Positions 60,901 through 64,000 of a stretch of DNA of 64,000 nt are shown piece after piece. The notes beneath the pieces were generated by a model. The model searched no databases and had not been told where the DNA came from. It was given only the letters and a program-made list of their open reading frames with translations. The DNA is from Gammaproteobacteria bacterium. Its GTDB lineage: Bacteria > Pseudomonadota > Gammaproteobacteria > UBA12402. The first letter of the stretch is position 1, and the number at the start of each line of letters is the position of its first letter. A program made the position numbers and the translations under genes. The stretch covers positions 28,364 to 92,363 of the forward strand of contig JASFHF010000002.1 in NCBI GenBank assembly GCA_050123375.1, in the 5' to 3' direction.

Positions 60901-61021
60901 ACAAATTGGATTAGTTATCGTAGGTGGTATGTTGATTGGAACTTTTTTTACCATTTTTATGTTACCGACGATGTATACTTATTTGGCTAAATGTAGGTTT
61001 GGCAGTAGAGAAATTTTATAG
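57977..61021 (+). CDS. RND efflux permease (AcrB/AcrD/AcrF family)
   Basis: FIRRPIF, GMVVDDAIVVSEN, AQFES, RLRPILMT. Confidence 0.95.
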   Translation: MITEVFIRRPIFTIVISLVILLAGLLAYLNLSVRLYPKVNTAVITVYVSYPGADAALMEGAVTTPIENALGSVEGLDYITSASRQGYCYASLHLKLDYDINTALNEVNAKLAAVRDELPIEVHDPQIMKEDPDARPIMFLNFASNTLATIKIANYLYRVVQPQLQTISGVSTVNIFSSDYAMRIWLNPYLMAAHDVTPWDIENVFSKNNLQIPGGQLENSSQLINVKTISDLNTAAQFNNIILKSENGNLVRLNDIGKTELGAQNNTIITYVNGKPSVPVGIIPASNANYLFVAKDVKLLLSRLVKNLPTGISASIFWDNTKFIYASIKEIKIAIFEAAICVILVIFMFIGSWRILLIPVMSIPLSLIGICAVMYLMNYSLNTMTFLAFVLAIGMVVDDAIVVSENIHRHIVSGKDPMNAAILGSKEIQFAIIAMTLTLAAVYIPIAFLHGLIGALFKEFAFTLAGAVIISGFVALTLLPMMCSKIMTKNDVNNYLPAKINQFSERIISFYENMLIKILYMRRLVIFILPIIIVGCILFYHFIPRELAPKEDTGTIVTFAYTPTSANINYTAKYTKLLEPIFKKVPEVENYVIVNGDGGNANTAFALLDFKPWSKRKRTSDEIIKSMSSVMMAIPEIIAQPTNPSEIPGASSWKGSVNIELQTTGNYLELNNILQKFLRAAHDNKFLVNLNTNLKLDQRQDNILIDRIKAADMGISIKDIGYAVNLAMGQPTVSHFNMFGRNYDIVPQLLPQFRKSDVAINSLQLRTNGGNLVPLSNLIKIQKTISPQSLNHFQQLRSASITAGLAPGYTLGEALKFFQKLSKKILPQDMQINYSGESRLYFQSSSQIHILFIFSVLVIFLVLAAQFESFRNPFIVLLAVPFSLFGALLIMFLTGCTLNIYSEIGIITLVGLISKHGILMVEFANQLQFKGKDVKGAIITAALIRLRPILMTTAAMVLGAIPLVFANGAGANSRRQIGLVIVGGMLIGTFFTIFMLPTMYTYLAKCRFGSREIL

Positions 61022-61033
61022 GTACATTTTTAT

Positions 61034-62065
61034 ATGTTAAAAAAATTTTTAATGTTGTTAACAATTGTTACTGCATTTAGTCCAGTATGCATGACCTATA
61101 GTAAGGAGAAATTATCTTCAGAGCCTGTAAAAGTGAAAACTGTCAAGATTAAGTATCAGAAACAGAAGCAGCAATTAATTGCAATAGGAACGCTTGTTGG
61201 TATGCCTGGTATTGTAGTACGCTCTGAAGTTTCGGGTCGTGTTACAAAAATTTATTTTAAATCTGGTGAGAGAGTTAAGATGGGCGCTCCATTACTTAAG
61301 CTAGATTATGACGATGTAAATGCACGGTTAGCACAAGCTCAAGCCAGGTTAGATTTGGCAAAATTACAACTTGGTCGTTATAGAAAATTATACAAAAAAC
61401 ACTTTTTTTCTAAGGATAATTTTGATAAATCAAAAACCGATTTGGCCACTTATCAAGCGGAAGTTGCTCAATATAAAGCCGAATTAAAGAAGAGAATTAT
61501 CTTAGCACCTTTTAGTGGTAATTTAGGCATATTTAAGGTAAATATTGGTGATTATATAGGTATTGGGCAGGACATAGTTAGTTTAAATTCATTAAATCCT
61601 ATTGGAGTTGATTTTAGCATTCCAGAATTATATTTAAGTAAAATCTCTGTAGGTCAGGAAGTGTTATTAAAAAGTGATTCTTATCCTAATGAAAATTTTG
61701 AGGGAAAAGTTATTGCGTGTGAATCAAAGATAGATCAGTCGACGCGTACTTTAAAAATACGTGCTAGTGTTATCAACAAGAGAAATGAGCTTTTGCCGGG
61801 TGGATTTGTTAAAGTGGTTTTGAGAATAGGCAGACAATTAAAAATTATTACTATCCCACAAATAGCAGTGATATATTCTGTAAATGGAGATTATGTTTAT
61901 AGAGTCGTTGGCAACAAGGCGCAAAAAACTAAAATAGTTTTAGCCGGTAATTATGATGAACAGGATGTTGTTACTTCGGGCTTGAAGGTTGGGGATAAAA
62001 TTGTAGTTGCTGGTCAATTAAAAATACATAATGGTTCTTTGATTTCTGTAGTAAATAATCATTAG
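61034..62065 (+). CDS. RND periplasmic adaptor (membrane fusion protein)
   Basis: SEVSGRVTKI, ILAPFSG, DFSIPE, LLPGGFV. Confidence 0.93.
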   Translation: MLKKFLMLLTIVTAFSPVCMTYSKEKLSSEPVKVKTVKIKYQKQKQQLIAIGTLVGMPGIVVRSEVSGRVTKIYFKSGERVKMGAPLLKLDYDDVNARLAQAQARLDLAKLQLGRYRKLYKKHFFSKDNFDKSKTDLATYQAEVAQYKAELKKRIILAPFSGNLGIFKVNIGDYIGIGQDIVSLNSLNPIGVDFSIPELYLSKISVGQEVLLKSDSYPNENFEGKVIACESKIDQSTRTLKIRASVINKRNELLPGGFVKVVLRIGRQLKIITIPQIAVIYSVNGDYVYRVVGNKAQKTKIVLAGNYDEQDVVTSGLKVGDKIVVAGQLKIHNGSLISVVNNH

Positions 62066-62076
62066 TTTATCAAATG

Positions 62077-62727
62077 TTATTGAGATTCTATATTATTGCT
62101 AGTGATTATACCATACTGCAATGCTAACCGGGTTAATTCAACATCACTGCTAACTTCAAGTTTTTCAAAAATGCGGTAACGATAAGTATTAACAGTTTTA
62201 GCGCTTAAATGCAGTGTTGCAGCAATTTGCGGCGCTTTTTGTCCTTTGATTATCATATTCATAACTTGGAATTCCCGATCAGATAGTTTATCAAGAGGTG
62301 ATGAATTGTTATTAAGCGCAAGTTTTTGCGCAATTTCAGGACTTACATACCGTTGACCAGCATGTACTTTTTTGATTGCGTCGATTAGATCTTTTGGTTT
62401 GCAGTCTTTAGTGATATAGCCAGCAGCATTTGCTTCCAAAAGTTTTAGAGGAAAAATTTTATTATCACAAACAGTTAAAATTAAAATTTTAATGTCAGGT
62501 ATTAGTTGTAATAATTTGCGTGTTGCTTCAAAGCCGTCCATGTTTGGCATTTTTAGATCCATTAATACTATTTCCGGTTTGTATTTTTTTGCCAGAGCTA
62601 TAGCTTCTGCTCCATCTGAACCTTGTTCCGGCACAATTTCTATATCTTTGACACTTTGCAATTGGCTGGCAATGCCGCTGCGAATTAATTCGTGATCATC
62701 TACTATTAAGATTTTGATTTTACTCAT
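62077..62727 (-). CDS. UvrY/GacA/LetA-like response regulator (paralogue, not followed by uvrC)
   Basis: ILIVDDHELIR, VLMDLKMP, GYITK, LSDREFQV, KTVNTYRYRIFEKL. Confidence 0.92.
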   Translation of the reverse strand: MSKIKILIVDDHELIRSGIASQLQSVKDIEIVPEQGSDGAEAIALAKKYKPEIVLMDLKMPNMDGFEATRKLLQLIPDIKILILTVCDNKIFPLKLLEANAAGYITKDCKPKDLIDAIKKVHAGQRYVSPEIAQKLALNNNSSPLDKLSDREFQVMNMIIKGQKAPQIAATLHLSAKTVNTYRYRIFEKLEVSSDVELTRLALQYGIITSNNIESQ

Positions 62728-62994
62728 GGTGATATTCCATTATATAAGTTAATATTGTATTAATTATGGACGATTAATTAATATTTGCCAGGAATTATTT
62801 ATAGAATATTTTATAGGATATATATTATACAAAAAACGTGGTTTTTTTGCTTGAAACAAGAACAGATCAGTTGCGCCCGATTTTTGAGATCCTATGCTTA
62901 CTTATCATTATTTGCTAATCAATTTGCCACATTATTGCCACATTCAGATTTATCAAGATCAAGGATCGGTGTCATAACCCCTTGATTTTATTAA

Positions 62995-63068
62995 TAGCTA
63001 CGGGTGGGCTCGAACCACCGACCTCGGCATTATGAGTGCCGCGCTCTAACCAGCTGAGCTACGTAGCC
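62995..63068 (-). tRNA. tRNA-Met(CAT), elongator type, CCA not encoded
   Basis: GGCTACGTAGCTCAGCTGGTTAGAGCGCGGCACTCATAATGCCGAGGTCGGTGGTTCGAGCCCACCCGTAGCTA forms a full cloverleaf. Confidence 0.95.
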
Positions 63069-63159
63069 ATATTGTAAAGTATAGGCGCTTTTGGTGACCG
63101 GGGCTATTCTGACTGGTCGAAAAAGGCTTGTCAAGCACTACAATTTACCATAAAATAAT

Positions 63160-63216
63160 CAACCCTTGCTTCACTGTGTAGTGCAGGAAGCTTTTTAACC
63201 CGAAAGGAGAGTATAT
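63160..63216 (+). promoter_or_regulatory. Probable S6:S18 autoregulatory mRNA leader
   Basis: GCTTC..GAAGC hairpin and AACCCGAAAGGAG next to the rpsF RBS. Confidence 0.5.
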
Positions 63217-63729
63217 ATGCGACATTATGAAATCGTATTTTTGGTGCATCCTGACCAAAGCGATCAAGTTCCAGCGATGATCGAGCGTTATCGCAAACTT
63301 ATTTCTGATCATCAAGGGCAAATTCACCGTCTTGAAAATTGGGGTAGACGTCATTTAGCTTATCCAATTAATAAAGTTCATAAAGCACATTATGTGTTGA
63401 TGAACATTGAATCTAATCAACAAGTCTTAAAAGAAATAGAAAATTTATTTCGGTTTAATGATGCTATATTACGTTATTTGATTACTAAATGTGATCGAGC
63501 TGTTAATGAGCCTTCTCCTTTAGCAAAAAGTTCAGAGAAACGTTTTACTTCAGCAAAAACACCGCAATCGGTTGAGAGGGAAGCGAAAGAAAATGCAGCA
63601 GTGGAAGATGCTGGTATTACAGGAGTCAAAGAAGATCTGGCTACAGTAGAGTCTGCAGGTATGCAGACAGATGAAGAAAATGCTGCTGTAGAAGACGTGA
63701 CAATTGCAGAGCAAAAGGAGGAGAAATAA
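63217..63729 (+). CDS. rpsF: 30S ribosomal protein S6 with long acidic tail
   Basis: [37 protein letters not shown]. Confidence 0.98.
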   Translation: MRHYEIVFLVHPDQSDQVPAMIERYRKLISDHQGQIHRLENWGRRHLAYPINKVHKAHYVLMNIESNQQVLKEIENLFRFNDAILRYLITKCDRAVNEPSPLAKSSEKRFTSAKTPQSVEREAKENAAVEDAGITGVKEDLATVESAGMQTDEENAAVEDVTIAEQKEEK

Positions 63730-63730
63730 T

Positions 63731-63952
63731 ATGGCAATGCGTAAAAAAGTTTGTTATTTCACAGTAAATAATATTGATCATGTTGATTACAAAGATGTGA
63801 ATTTATTAGAAAAATTTATTACCGATACGGGTAAAATTGTTCCAAGCAGAATTACAGGGACGAGAGCTAAATTCCAACGACAATTATCATTAGCAATTAA
63901 GCATGCACGTTTTTTAGCTTTATTGCCATATTGTGATGCTCATAGAGACTAA
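63731..63952 (+). CDS. rpsR: 30S ribosomal protein S18
   Basis: [40 protein letters not shown]. Confidence 0.98.
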   Translation: MAMRKKVCYFTVNNIDHVDYKDVNLLEKFITDTGKIVPSRITGTRAKFQRQLSLAIKHARFLALLPYCDAHRD

Positions 63953-64000
63953 TGTTAATTAAAAAATTTACTCAATTAATTTTACGCAGCAATATAAATG
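63952..64000 (+). CDS. Start of next ORF (possibly DUF2232 membrane protein), partial
   Basis: TAATG overlap with rpsR stop; [16 protein letters not shown]. Confidence 0.45.
   Translation, partial: MLIKKFTQLILRSNIN

Larger units (their letters stand above)
30454..63041. mobile_element. Genomic island integrated in tRNA-Met(CAU); unit length 32,520 bp
   Basis: Flanking identical 68-bp repeats, integrase and excisionase-like gene at the distal end, accessory cargo. Confidence 0.93.

Noticed and set aside
30454-63041. Prophage or complete ICE
   Set aside because: No capsid, terminase, tail, T4SS, coupling protein or relaxase genes recognised

Overview
AT-rich gammaproteobacterial chromosome segment. 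The gene content (rpsF-rpsR without priB, UvrY/LetA and CsrA paralogues, PAS hybrid kinase, many Bcr/CflA MFS paralogues) suggests a Legionellales/Coxiella-like lineage, but that is inference. (1) 1-4169: right end of a small integrative element (tyrosine integrase, AlpA-like HTH, P-loop replication ATPase), bounded by a 3' fragment of tRNA-Ile2(CAU). (2) 4.3-23.7 kb: metabolic/transport genes (three MFS transporters, SDR, ABM monooxygenase, Leu dehydrogenase, APH kinase, DJ-1, FabH, OprO/P porin, GH130, ornithine cyclodeaminase, moeA-moaA-moaC-MOSC/mogA, AAA+ ATPase), interspersed with about 225-bp nested-palindrome elements. (3) 23.7-30.4 kb: probable older island remnant with effector-like ORFs. 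(4) 30454-63041: a 32,520-bp genomic island flanked by identical 68-bp repeats, integrated in tRNA-Met(CAU). Its cargo is an FkbH-initiated single-module NRPS, an interrupted PAS hybrid kinase, a hydrolase/POT/methyltransferase block, a caspase-STAND-TPR protein, a CsrA paralogue, an UvrY/LetA-like regulator, and an unannotated 22-aa ORF upstream of a radical SAM/SPASM enzyme and exporters (candidate new RiPP cluster). (5) tRNA-Met, rpsF, rpsR. All protein calls come from motif recognition by eye; no database searches were run.
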